Of a stretch of DNA of 64,000 nt, positions 28,696 through 40,167 are shown piece by piece. The DNA lies in contig NW_024704743.1 in assembly GCF_018977255.1 (NCBI RefSeq), positions 79,920,001 to 79,984,000 on the forward strand, read 5' to 3'. Made by a program: the position numbers and the translations under genes. Under the pieces are notes generated by a model. It saw only the letters and a list, made by a program, of their open reading frames with translations. It was not told the DNA's origin and searched no databases. How positions within the stretch are numbered: the stretch's first letter is position 1; the number at the start of each line of letters is the position of its first letter. This DNA is from Callorhinchus milii (Eukaryota).

Positions 28696-29830
28696 AGTCC
28701 TTCATTCCTGGTACCATCCTGGTAAATCTCCTTTGCACCCTCTCCAATGCCTTGACATCCTTCCTAAAGTGTGGTGGCCAGTACTGAACACAGTACTCTA
28801 GCTGAGCCCTAACCAGTGTTTTATAAAATGTTCATCATAACTTCCTGACTTTTGTATTCTTTGCCCCTATTTATAAAGCCTAGTATCCCGTATAGTTTTT
28901 TTAAACAGCTTTATCTACTTGTCCTGCCACTTTAAATTTAGTTATATGAACCCCCCAGGTCTCTCTGTTCCTTCAAGAATGTACCATCAGCTTATATTGC
29001 CTCTCCTCATTCTTCCTCCCAAAATGCATCACTTTACATTTCTCCACATTAAACTTCATCTGCCACGTGTCTGCCCATTTTACGTCTGTCTGTGTCCATT
29101 TGCAGTCTGCTACCATCCTTCTCACTGTTTACTACTTTTCCCAGCTTAGTATCATCTGCAAACTTGGAAATTGTACTCCCTGTACCCAAGTCCAGATCAT
29201 TTATACAAATCAAAAACAGCTGTGGTCCCAATACTGATCCCTGGGGGACACCACTGCACACTTCCTTCCAGTCAGAAAGACAACTGTTCACCACCACTCT
29301 CTGCTCTCTGTCCCCAGTCAGTTCTGTATCTATGCTGCCACTATCCCTTTAATACCGTGGACTTCTATCTTGCTTACAAGTCTCTTATGTGGCACTTTAT
29401 CAAACACCTTTTGAAAATCCATATAAACTACATCAACGGCACTACCTTCATCTATCCTGTCCTTTAATTCATCAAAAAACTATCAGGTTTGTTAGACATG
29501 ATTTGCCTTTAACAAATATGTGCTGGCTGTCTTTTATTTTTCTAAGTGAAAATTTATTTTGTCCCGGATTATAGTCCCCAGAAGTTTCCCCACTACTGAC
29601 GTTAGCCTGACTGGCCTGTAGTGCCCGGGTTTATCCTTCTGCCCCTTTTTTGTACAGGGGAGTAACATTTGCAACCCTCCGATACTGTGGCATTGGCAGC
29701 ATCCTCTTCTTTTGTGAAGACAGATGGAAAGTACTCATTCAGTATGTCAGCCATGCCCTCTGCCTCCACAAAAAGATTTCCTCTTTGGTCGCTAATTGGA
29801 CCCACCCTATCTTTGACTAACTCTTTTTTA
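28696..29830 (-). mobile_element. CR1 LINE RT region (continuation of the 26331-26760 element)
   Basis: SGVPQGSVLGPQLFLICINDLD, ISKFADDTKLG and LNEYFPSVFTKE on the minus strand. Confidence 0.9.
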
Positions 29831-29889
29831 TTCTTTATTCTAACATTTTATTCTTTATATATTTATAAAATACCCTTTTATGTTACCCA

Positions 29890-30255
29890 CTAATCTTTTT
29901 AGCATTATACAGCACAGAAGGAGGCCATTCAGCCCATCGTGTCTGTGCCGGAACTTTGAAGAGAGTTGTCCAAATCAATCCCACTCCCCTGCTCGCTCAC
30001 CATAGCCCTGGCAACTTGTCCTTTCCAAATAATTATCTACTTCTCTCTTACAAGTTGTTAACGAATCGGCTTCCACCACCCTTTCAGGCAATGCATTCCA
30101 GATCTGAACAACTTGCTGTGTGAACAATTTCTCCTCACCTCCCCTCTGTTTCTTTTAACAACTATTTTAAATCGGTGTCGTCGGGTTACCAAACCACCCT
30201 CCAGTGGAAATAGTTTCTCCTTGTTCACCCTATCAAATCCCCTCATAATTTTGAA
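29890..30255 (-). mobile_element. CR1 LINE 3' fragment
   Basis: FKIMRGFDRVNKEKLFPL peptide and the same tail as at 26331. Confidence 0.85.
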
Positions 30256-30644
30256 AGGAACGATCTTAGGGAAGAACACATTTGAACACTGTTGATCTGT
30301 GTTATATAATTTCCCTGAGGTAACATATGCTACATAAAGGATATTAATTGTATTAGCTAGTATCTTTCGCCCACAAAATATACAGTCAATTCACTTTACA
30401 GTATATTCTGTGAAGCACTTTGAGATGTCTCAAAGACGTGATGAGGCGCTATATTATATGTAAGGATTATTATCATTATCTTGTCACAGTTAGAATCTTA
30501 GAATTTTACAACACAGGAACAGGTGATTTGGTCCATCGTGCCTGTGCTGGCTCAATGGTCTAATAAATTGGCAGAACAGGCTCAGTGGACTCAATGATTT
30601 ATTCCTATGTTCCTGTACAGTAGATCTTCACAACTAAACTTTTA

Positions 30645-31855
30645 AGACCATAAAGACGTAGGAGAAGGAGTAAGCCATTCGGCCCCTCAAGCCTGCCCCG
30701 CCTTTTAACTGGGACGTCCTCACGTGAAAGGTGCTATACAAATGTAATCTTCTTGTTGTTGTTGTTAATAAAATCATGGCTGATCTTCTAACCTAATTCC
30801 ATTTACCCGCCCTATCCCCATATCCCTTAGTCCCTCTATCCTTTAGAAATCTATCAATCTCAGTCTTGAATATGTTCAAGGACTGAGCATCTACAGCCTT
30901 CTGGGGTAGAGAATTCCACAAATTCACTACCCTCTGAGTGAAGAAATGTTTCCTCAACTCAGTTTGAAAAGGCTGACCCTTAATCTTGATACTCTGACCC
31001 CTAGCTTTAGATTCTCCAACCAGGGGAAACAGTCTCACGGCATCTACCCTGTCAAGACACTTAAGAATCTTATAGGTTTCTATAAGATCACCTCTAATTC
31101 TTCTATATTCTAGAGAATATAGGTCTAGTCTACTCAACCTCTCCTCATAGGTCAACCCCCTCATCGCAGGAACCAACCTAGTGAATCTACACTGCACCCC
31201 CGCGAAGGTGAGTATGTCCTTTCTTAAATAAAGAGACCAAAACTGCACACAATATTCCAGGTGCGGTCTCACCAAAGCCTTATATAACTGCAGCAAGACT
31301 TCTCTACTCTTGTACTCTAACCCTTTTGCAACGAACATGGCATTAGCTTTCCTAGTTGCTTGCTGTACCTGCAAACTAACTTTTTGTGACTAGTGTATAA
31401 GAACACCCTAATCCCTCTGAACACTAACACTACCTGGCCTCTCCACCTCTAGAAAATAATTCGCTTTTCCATTTTTACTACCTAGGTGAATAACTTCACA
31501 CTTCCCCACATTATACTCCATCTGCCACCTTCTTACCCACTCACCTAGCCTGACTATTTCCCTTTGCATTCTTCATGTGTCATCCTTACAGCTTATCTTC
31601 GTACCATCTGCAAATTTAGATATATTAAGTTCTATTTCCTCATCTAAATCATTGATATAGACTGTAAATAATTGAGGCCCAAGCACTGATCCTTGTAGCA
31701 CTCCACTAGTCACAACCTGCCAATCTGAGAAGGACCCGTTTATCTTTATTCTCTGTTTTCTTCCTGTTAGCCACTCTCCAATCCATGCTAATACATTGCC
31801 TTTAATTCCATGGGCTCTAAGCTTATGCAACAGCCTTTAATGTGGCACCTTGTCA
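30645..31855 (-). mobile_element. CR1 LINE 3' portion, relatively young (193-aa open segment)
   Basis: ORFs 30793-31374 (LYKALVRPHLEYCVQFWS, FFTQRVVNLWNSLP) and 31573-31830 (SGVLQGSVLGPQLF, SKFADGTK). The 3' tail is present. Confidence 0.93.
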
Positions 31856-31861
31856 CAACTA

Positions 31862-32505
31862 CATTGTCAGATTCCAACCCGCTCCCTCCCCACCGGTGAA
31901 CGTCCTCCTATGGCAACAGCAGGAGCCAGCGGTTGTAGAGGATGTAGGGTGGAAACTGGAAATAATGCTGATCGATACTGCAGTGAGTCAGGAAGGCAAA
32001 CGCATCTCTTACTATTCACTCCCCCACCCCCCTCACATGCTCTCCCGCTTCCACTCTCTCTGTCTCACTCCCTCTTTTTTACCTTTCTCCCCCCTCCCTC
32101 TTTCACCCCCTCTCTCTCTCACCCCTCTCTCTCTCACCCCTCTCTCTCTCACCCTCTCTCTCTCACCCCTCTCTCTCTCACCCCCCTCTCTCTCTCACCC
32201 CTCTCTCTCTCACCCCTCTCTCTCTCTGTCTCACCCCTCTTTCTTTCCACCCTCTCTCTTTCGTCCACCTCGCTCAATGCCTCTCTCTCCCAATCAGCCG
32301 TGCGGCATCAGAATGAGATACTGCAGTGTACTGGCGGTTGTTATGGACACAGTTGGTAAGAGACACACTTGCATTCTTAACACACTGCAGTAACAGACGA
32401 TATTATTTGCACTCTTCACACTGCATCCTCCCAACCTCCGGCTCCTGCCACTGCCATGGGAGGACGTTTATCAGGGAGGGAGCAGAAGTTGGAATGTTGG
32501 AAATG
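31862..32505. repeat. Foldback/MITE-like element: ~150 bp imperfect inverted repeats around a CT-rich minisatellite
   Basis: 31862-32013 aligns by eye with the reverse complement of 32354-32505. The centre (~32085-32260) is a (CTCTCTCTCACCC)n-like array. Confidence 0.75.
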
Positions 32506-33664
32506 GTGTTGGGCCAGACGCAGCCCATGGGCCACCTGTTGGATCACACTGCTATAATTATTCAAAGGGAATTTTTCCAGGATCCTGGCACTAGGTAACA
32601 AATTGGTCATTCACTTCATGGTAGGTGTCGACATTGCCAGTGCAAAACAACTGCTACAAAACTTGATAACCACACTTCAGACTCTTTGTGCAGTTGAATA
32701 TTGGTTTGCTATATCAAATGCAAGGATTCATAAATATATGTGCAAAAATAATGAAAAACCCGCCTTCAAATTATTCTACAACAAGAGGACATCTGGTAAA
32801 TGTTCAAAACAGATTTGTTTTCAATCAATACACTGAACCCTTTATATTTTAACGTATTTTAACCACAACAACGGGAAACATAATTTGTTACCCACAACAA
32901 CAACTAAATTTATACACACCTTGCCCCTTTATTCAAATTATTGGTATGCGGTATTTTGAGGTTCGCAAACAACTCAACAACTGACAACACTGGACAGAAA
33001 ACAATGACAAGAATGCACTTTTTTATCACACTATATCTAAATAAACAACGAGCCTCCAAACAACATTTGAAACACTTTGGAAGTGCTGCTGGTGGTACAC
33101 TGCAACAGATACATGAATGCAGACTGCTGTAGAATTATCATAATATGTTTCTTAGGAAGATTGGGATAATCCATTTCACACAAAAAGGAAACAGAGTATA
33201 TAAAACAATCTCAAGCATTTCAGTCAATAAAATAGTAATTGCAGTGCAGAACACCCAAATGTTACTGTTCCATTGGAAAAGGGAAACAGTCCCATGTCTG
33301 ATAACATTCTCAGTAGCACAAGGTGCATTTTTGTTCAGTTGGTAAGAGTAGCATTGCTACTCCTGGATCAGGTCTGTGGATCCGAACCCCATGCAAGGAT
33401 TTCAACTCAGTCTAAAGTGACAATCCAGGGCAGAACCTGTGGGGAGAGAACCTCTGTATTATTGGAGGTTCCATCTTTCGGACAAGACATGAAACTAAGC
33501 TCGCTCAAGTGAACGTTAAAGATCCCATGATCTGGTCCTTTATCTCACAGCGGTTTGTGGAACCTTGCCATGCCCAAATGGATGGTTTACTTGCCTACAA
33601 AAAGCAATCACTATGCTCGGCAATAGTTAACATGAAGCATTTTGATAGGTTTCAATGTGACAAG

Positions 33665-34228
33665 GTTCCCTCCTCATCGGCCTTCCCAACTCTTCCCTTC
33701 ACAAGCTGCAGATCATCCAAAACTCTGCAGCTTGTGTACTCTCACACACCAGGTTCCGTGACCCCATCATTCCCACCCTCGCCCGACACCACCCCATCCC
33801 TCAGAGGATCAAATTCAAGATTCTCATCCTCACTTTCAAGGCCATCCATGGCCTTGCCCCCTCCTCTCTGACCTGCTGACTCCCTACCAACCTGCCCACT
33901 CCCTCCGTTCAACAGGCTCCGGCCTGGTCCACGTCTCCCTCCTAACCCACTCTACCATCGATAGCCGAGCTTTCAGCCTCTCTGCCCCCACACTCTGGAA
34001 CTCCATCCCACAGTCCCTTTGCCTCGCTTCCTCCCTTGCCTCCTTCAAGGCCAGTCTCAAGACCCTCCTCTTCGATCATGCCTTCAGTTGCCCTCCCACC
34101 TCTCTGCCTTCCCTCACCCTACCCACCCCACCCCTCCCCCATGCTCGGGTCCTGACCCTGACTGTCCAGCGCTTTGGGACATCCTCCCGACATGAAAGGC
34201 GCTCTATAAATGTAATTTTGTTGTTGTA
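33665..34228 (+). mobile_element. L2 LINE 3' fragment
   Basis: Same C-terminal and 3' UTR sequence and (TTG)n tail as 37180-37660. Confidence 0.88.
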
Positions 34229-35369
34229 CTGCAGAAAAAAAAGTTCTTTCTTAGTCTGCCAAGTCAATCCCACTGTGATGGTGAATTTCTATTATGAACT
34301 ACACATGCTAAAAGCCTTGTGCTTTACTGACACAGCAACATGACACAAGTGTCAGTGACTACTACAACTTAAGGATACAGACCAAGCACAAGGCTTAATG
34401 TCAGAATCACTAGTGATCAAAAAGGGATAGAGGTTGTTTCTCAGCAAGCTACCCTCCTGGTTACACACCAACCGAAGCTTCTTCACTTAAAGCCAGAATT
34501 CCTTCATAGTTTTAGCTTTAAGACCATTATCTTAATGGTTTAAGAGATTTAATTTTTAAATCTCAATTTCAAACTATCTTTTCCCAATTGTTTGAAGAAC
34601 TACAGAAAAAAGCTTCCAAATTCACACATTTAGGAATTTCTAAAATTATACACAATTTTAAATTTTACAACAATGACCCAAGACTATGGGAATGTTTAAG
34701 CTTCTCTCTACTAACCATCTTATGTGTAGGAGATGTGAAGTGAACAAACACTCCAGCTATTTCCAATCCACCCCATTATTTTTTGGGGTGGTCAGCTGGT
34801 TGTCTGACACAGAATTTCATAAATGCCATCTCCACATGAAAATTCCCCTATCTCTGAAATGTGCACTTTTTCTTGAAATGGAATAATCCACCCTCCTTAA
34901 CTAATTCCAGAGAATATCAGGCACAGGCTGGCAAGAGCCAAGCCTTGGATATCCCAGAGTGTTCTTTGGGGAACTGCTAGAGTTTAACCAGCTAACATCG
35001 CATGGCTTGCCACTAAGACCATGGTCTGGCAAGCTTACCACTGCTTGTCCAGCTAGAACCACCTATTAGGACTTTGGCTTGCAGGAACCGAGTGGGGAGA
35101 ATCCCTGCTTCCCTCACTAACCGGTCCGCTCCTTCAAGTCCTGTCAGGTTGGATGAGCCAGGTTGGACTGTCTGTCATCAATAGTATCTTTGAGTCTGCT
35201 GACCTGCCAAGCTCAGAAACTGGATTACTGAAATCACCATAGAAGATAAGACTTGATTCCAATCCCAAGAAGCAGAAAATCAGTCAAGATATCTGCTTCT
35301 GATCATTATCCAGTGAGCTCCCCCCTCCCCCTTTTTTGTAAAGTGCAAATGCGGACAGGTTCAGGGGTT

Positions 35370-37660
35370 TCTCCTCTCACACCCACTCTGCCACCCACGT
35401 CTACGGCCACCTGCTTAACCTGATGATTACCCGGGGCCTCAGCATCTCAGACCTCACCATCACCGACAAAGACATCTCGGACCATTACTTAATCTCCCTT
35501 AACTCCTCAATCCCTCTCCCCACTGCCACCCAACTCACCTCCATCTCCTACCGCCCTGGAAAAAAATGCCTTGGGAGTCATCTGAACTACTCCCCTTCTG
35601 GGCTTCCTCCCGCAATGACCTATCCTCCTCAGTCACTCTCTTCCACAACGCCCTCTCTGCCACTCTCGATGCCCTTGCAACCCTCACCTCCTCCTACTCA
35701 CGGAAATCACCCTGATCACCACCTCTGTTCCCTCAAAGTATGCCGCTGAACGCACCTGGTTCAAATCGAACTTAATGGTCCATCAGCAGGTCTGTCGGGA
35801 CCCTATCAAACTTACCACTCCACCCTCACTTCCGCTAAATCATCCTTCTACTCCAAGTCGATCTTGGAGGCCAAAAAAAACCCTTAGCTCCTCTACTCCA
35901 TCACCAACCAGCTCCTCCGCCAACCCTCTCATGACTCGCCCATCCTCTCTTCCAACATCAACTGCGAGGAGATGCTAGACTTCCTCAAAACCACAAACAA
36001 GAGGATCCAATCAGCCCTTCCAACTACTACCCCCTCCCCATCTCTCACTCACACCCCAGCCCCTACCCTCCCTCCACACCTTCGAACCTGTCTCCCCCTC
36101 CTCTCTCACCACCTTTATAACTCACATGAAACCAACCACCTGCTCCCTCAACCCCATCCCTACCCCTCTCCTTACCTCCCACCTCCACCGCCTTAACTAC
36201 CTACTTAAGACATCATAAACCTCTCCCAGTCCCCTGGCACTGTTCCCACCCTTTTAAAAACAGCCCAAATCACTAACCTTAAAAAAACCCTCCCTGGACC
36301 CATCCCTGCTCACAAATTGCCACCCCATCTCCAACCTCCCTTTCCTTTCCATGGTCCTAGAACAAGTCATTGCTTCCCAGCTTCGCTCCTTCTTCTCCTG
36401 CCACTCCCTTCACGAACCTCTCCAATCAGGTTTCAGTGCCACCCACAGCATCGAAACAGCTTTAGTCTAAGTGACAAATGAAATTTTGTCCATCTGTGAC
36501 AAGAGCTCTCTCTGCCACCCAGTTTCTCTTGACCTCTCTGCTGCCTTCGATACCGGTGACCAGCCTACCTCCTCCACCACCTCTCCTCTCACATCAACCT
36601 TCAAGGTTCTGCTCTGGAGTGGTTCATATCCTACCTCTCACACCGTCTCTACTTCATCTCCACAAACGGCTTCTCCTCTAGCCCCCGTACCGCCTTGTGC
36701 GACGATCCTCAGGCCTCTGTCCTTCCCTTCTCTTCAATATCTACATGCTCCCGCTTGGTGACATCATCCGCAGACGGGGTCAACTTCCACATGTATGCAG
36801 ATGACACTCAACTCTATCTATCGGTCTGTCAGATACCAAGTCCTGGATGAGAGCTAACTTTCTACTGTTGAACGTCAACAAGTCTCGAGGCCCTCCTGAT
36901 TGGCTCTAGCCATCGCCTCCACACCTCAAGCATTGACAGCATCACCATCCAGGGATGAACACTTCACCTCAACCAGTCCAGAACCTGGAATCTTGTTTGA
37001 CCCTCAATTGTCCTTTCTACCGCACATCCGAGCTATGACCCGCTCTGCCTTCCCCAACCTACGAAACATCCCTGGCTCTACCACTGCCTCACCCTTCAGG
37101 CCCCAAAACCCTCATCCACGCATTCATCACATCTAGGCTCAACTACACCAATTCCCTGATCGCCTGCCTTCCCAACTCCTCCCTCTGTAGGTTGCAGATC
37201 ATCCAGAATTATGCAGCCAGTGTCCTCTCCCGAACCAGGCTCCGAGACCCCATCACACCCAACCTCACCCGACTCCACTGGCTCCATCCCCCAGGGAAAG
37301 AGTTCAAAATCCTCATCCTCAAGGTCTTGCACGCCCTTACTCCTTCCTACCCCTGTGACTTGCTGATCCCTCCTCTCAGCAGGCTATGTCCTCTGCCCAG
37401 CCCACCATCGGTGGTCGGGCCTTCAGCCTTTCTGCACCCACCCTTTGGAACTCCATCCCACATTCCCTTTGCTTCACTCCCTCCCTTGCCTCCATCAAGG
37501 CACGCCTCAAAACCCTCCTCTTCAACCGAACCTTCAGCCACCCTCCTCCCCGCCACCCTCCCCGATCCCGACCCCCAGTTCGGGTCCAAATCCCGGACTG
37601 TCCAGCGCCTTGGGACATCCTCCCAACATGAAAGGCGCTATACAAATTGTAATTTTGTAT
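35370..37660 (+). mobile_element. L2-clade LINE, decayed ORF2 (endonuclease C-terminus, RT) and 3' tail
   Basis: ITRGLS...ISDHYLI (APE endonuclease SDH motif), LDLSAAFDT, atgtatgcagatgacactcaa (MYADDTQ), QIIQNYAA...ITPNLTRLHWL, GGRAFS..APTLWNSIP; tail gggacatcctcccaacatgaaaggcgctatacaaa. Confidence 0.92.
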
Positions 37661-38663
37661 TGCTGCGGTGCTACCCCAGACAAACAGCTGGCTAATACTC
37701 ATTGTCTAGATTTACATGTCAAAACTGATCAGTTGGGTAAGGTACCAGCGCTATGAAATCATATCCTAACACAAGCCTTCCGCAGAGGACTGAAAAAAAG
37801 CATCAAAACAAAAGGATAGCCTTTTTTAAGTTCTCAAAGCTGTGGAATGCAATAAAATCCTGATTAAAAGCAAGCCCTTTTTTCAGAGAAAATGTTGGCA
37901 ATAAACGAATGTGAGAGATAAATTTATAGTTTAACAGAGCTTAAAATACAGAGATGACCGCAAAGAAAAGATTTGTATAATGCCATCGCTGTTTTCATGC
38001 AAATACTCACAAGGCCACATAACCCTGGATACGTAAAAGTGGATTTGCTTTCCTTTTTCTTCCTCCTCACCTCCCCTTCCCTTCTCAATCAAAGCCACTA
38101 GCACAAGATTGACATTCTACCAGTGAATACTGCAATAATAATAATCCTTGCATTTGATATAGCACCTTTCTATTCCAGCAAATCAATTCAAAGCATTCTG
38201 CAAGATTTTACCATAAAGTGCATTTTGCCTACAAAAAGCCATGAAGTGAATGATCAATTTCAGTTGTGAGATTGTCCAGGAGAAGCTTCCTTCTTTTTTC
38301 AAATCTTGTCATCCATAGTGTAGGTATCCAAGACCTTGGTTTAACATCTCATATGAAGACAGCACCTCCAACAATGCAGCACATCCCCAACACTGCACTA
38401 GAATTATAGAATCTTACAGCACAGAAGGAGACCATTCAGCCCATCATGTCTGTGTCAGGTTTATGAAAGAGCTATCCAATTAGTCCCACTTCCCCAGTCT
38501 TTCCCGTAGTCTTGCAAATGTTTCCTTTTCAAGTCTATTGCGGAGTCCTGTAGCTCAGTGGTTAGAGCACTCGCCTCGCAAGTGACAGACCTGTGTTCAA
38601 TTCCCAGCAGGGCGAAACACTGTGCAAGTTTCCTTACTCCACATGCCTCTATTTACCTTGGAG

Positions 38664-39062
38664 AGTTTAGTCTGATACTCTAGAGAGACCAGAGATAATG
38701 GGATTGTTCTCCTTGAGCAGAGAGGGTTAAGGGGAGATTTAATAGAGGTGTTCAAAATTATGAGTGGTTTTGATAGAGTAAATAAGGAGAAATGGTTTAC
38801 ACTGGAGGGTGAGTTGGTAACCAGAGGACACAGATTTAAGATAATTGACGAAAGAATCAGAGGGGAGATGAGAATTTTTTTAAGCAGCGAGTTGTTACCA
38901 TCTGGAATGCACTGCCTGAAAGGGTGGGGGAAGCAGATCCATTAATAACTTACAAAAGGGAACTGAATATTTAATAATAATAATCCTTGCATTTGATATG
39001 GTGCCTTATCATGTTTTCGAGACGTCTCAAAGCGCTTCAAAGAATATACTGTAAAGTGAATT
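38664..39062 (-). repeat. Inverted duplicate of 16505-16904 (SINE 3' end + CR1 fragment)
   Basis: Near-identical reverse complement, including the SINE/CR1 junction. ORFs 16623-16820(-) and 38748-38945(+) differ at only 4 of 65 residues. Confidence 0.9.
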
Positions 39063-39086
39063 AACAGTTTGTGGGTTCCTAATTAN

Positions 39087-39110
39087 NNNNNNNNNNNNNN
39101 NNNNNNNNNN
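39087..39110. other. Assembly gap (N run)
   Basis: Run of n characters. Confidence 0.99.
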
Positions 39111-39273
39111 CCCCAACACACACACACCCCACTCCCCCCCCCACACACACACCACCCCCCCCCCCCCCCCCCCCCCCCCCCACCCACTCCCCCCCACACT
39201 CACACACACACCCCCCCCCCCCCACACCCACTCCCACACACCCACTCCCCCCCCACCACACCACCACACCCAC

Positions 39274-39332
<59 letters not shown>

Positions 39333-39490
39333 ACTCCCCCCCCACACACACTCCACCACACACACCCACTCCCCCCCACACACACCCACCCCCCCCCCCC
39401 CCCCCCCCCCCCCCCCCACCACACCCACTCCCCCCCCCCCACACACACACACCCACTCCCCCCCCCACACTCCCCCCCCCACACACACAC
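39111..39490. repeat. Poly-C/(CA) low-complexity tract
   Basis: Long C runs mixed with CA and CACTC units, directly beside the gap; base accuracy is doubtful. Confidence 0.9.
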
Positions 39491-39660
39491 ACGTGCGGCT
39501 GCGCAACACGTCAGCGAGCGGAGAAAAGGCGGAGCGGGTGGGATGCGGTCAGTGTTGGTGCCCACAGCCATCTGCCATGAGCTGCTAATGCAATCCATCG
39601 CCCATAACCTTCCCCTCTTCTCTCCATGTTCACCACTTATTTTCTTATGAGGGAGAGGCG

Positions 39661-40167
39661 GTGTCTGTCTGTCTGTGTGTGTGTGTCTGTCTGTGTGTGT
39701 CTGTCTGTCTGTCTGTGTGTGTGTCTGTCTGTGTCTGTCTGTCTGTGTCTGTCTGTCTGTGTGTGTCTGTCTGTCTGTGTCTGTCTGTCTGTCTGTGTGT
39801 GTGTGTCTGTGTGTGTGTGTGTGTCTGTATGTCTGTCTGTGTGTGTGTGTGTGTGTCTGTGTGTGGGGGTGTGTGTGTCTGTCTGTGTGTGTGTGTGTGT
39901 GTCTGTGTGTCTGTCTGTGTGTGTGTCTGTCTGTGTGTCTGTGTGTGTGTCTGTCTGTGTGTCTGTGTGTCTGTCTGTGTGTGTGTCTGTGTGTGTGTGT
40001 GTGTCTGTGTCTGTCTGTGTATGTGTGTGTGTGTCTGTGTGTCTGTGTGTCTGTCTGTGTGTGTGTCTGTGTGTGTGTGTGTGTCTGTGTCTGTCTGTGT
40101 ATGTGTGTGTGTGTCTGTGTGTCTGTGTGTCTGTCTGTGTGTGTGTCTGTGTGTGGGGGTGTGTGTG
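39661..40167. repeat. Compound (TG)n/(TCTG)n microsatellite
   Basis: About 500 bp of TG, TCTG and TGTCTG units. Confidence 0.97.

Noticed and set aside
31842..32393. 183-aa and 169-aa ORFs
   Set aside because: They are open only because of the CT minisatellite inside the foldback element.
1..39000. PVT1-like lncRNA or miRNA cluster downstream of MYC
   Set aside because: Expected by analogy with mammals, but I see no sequence evidence for it.
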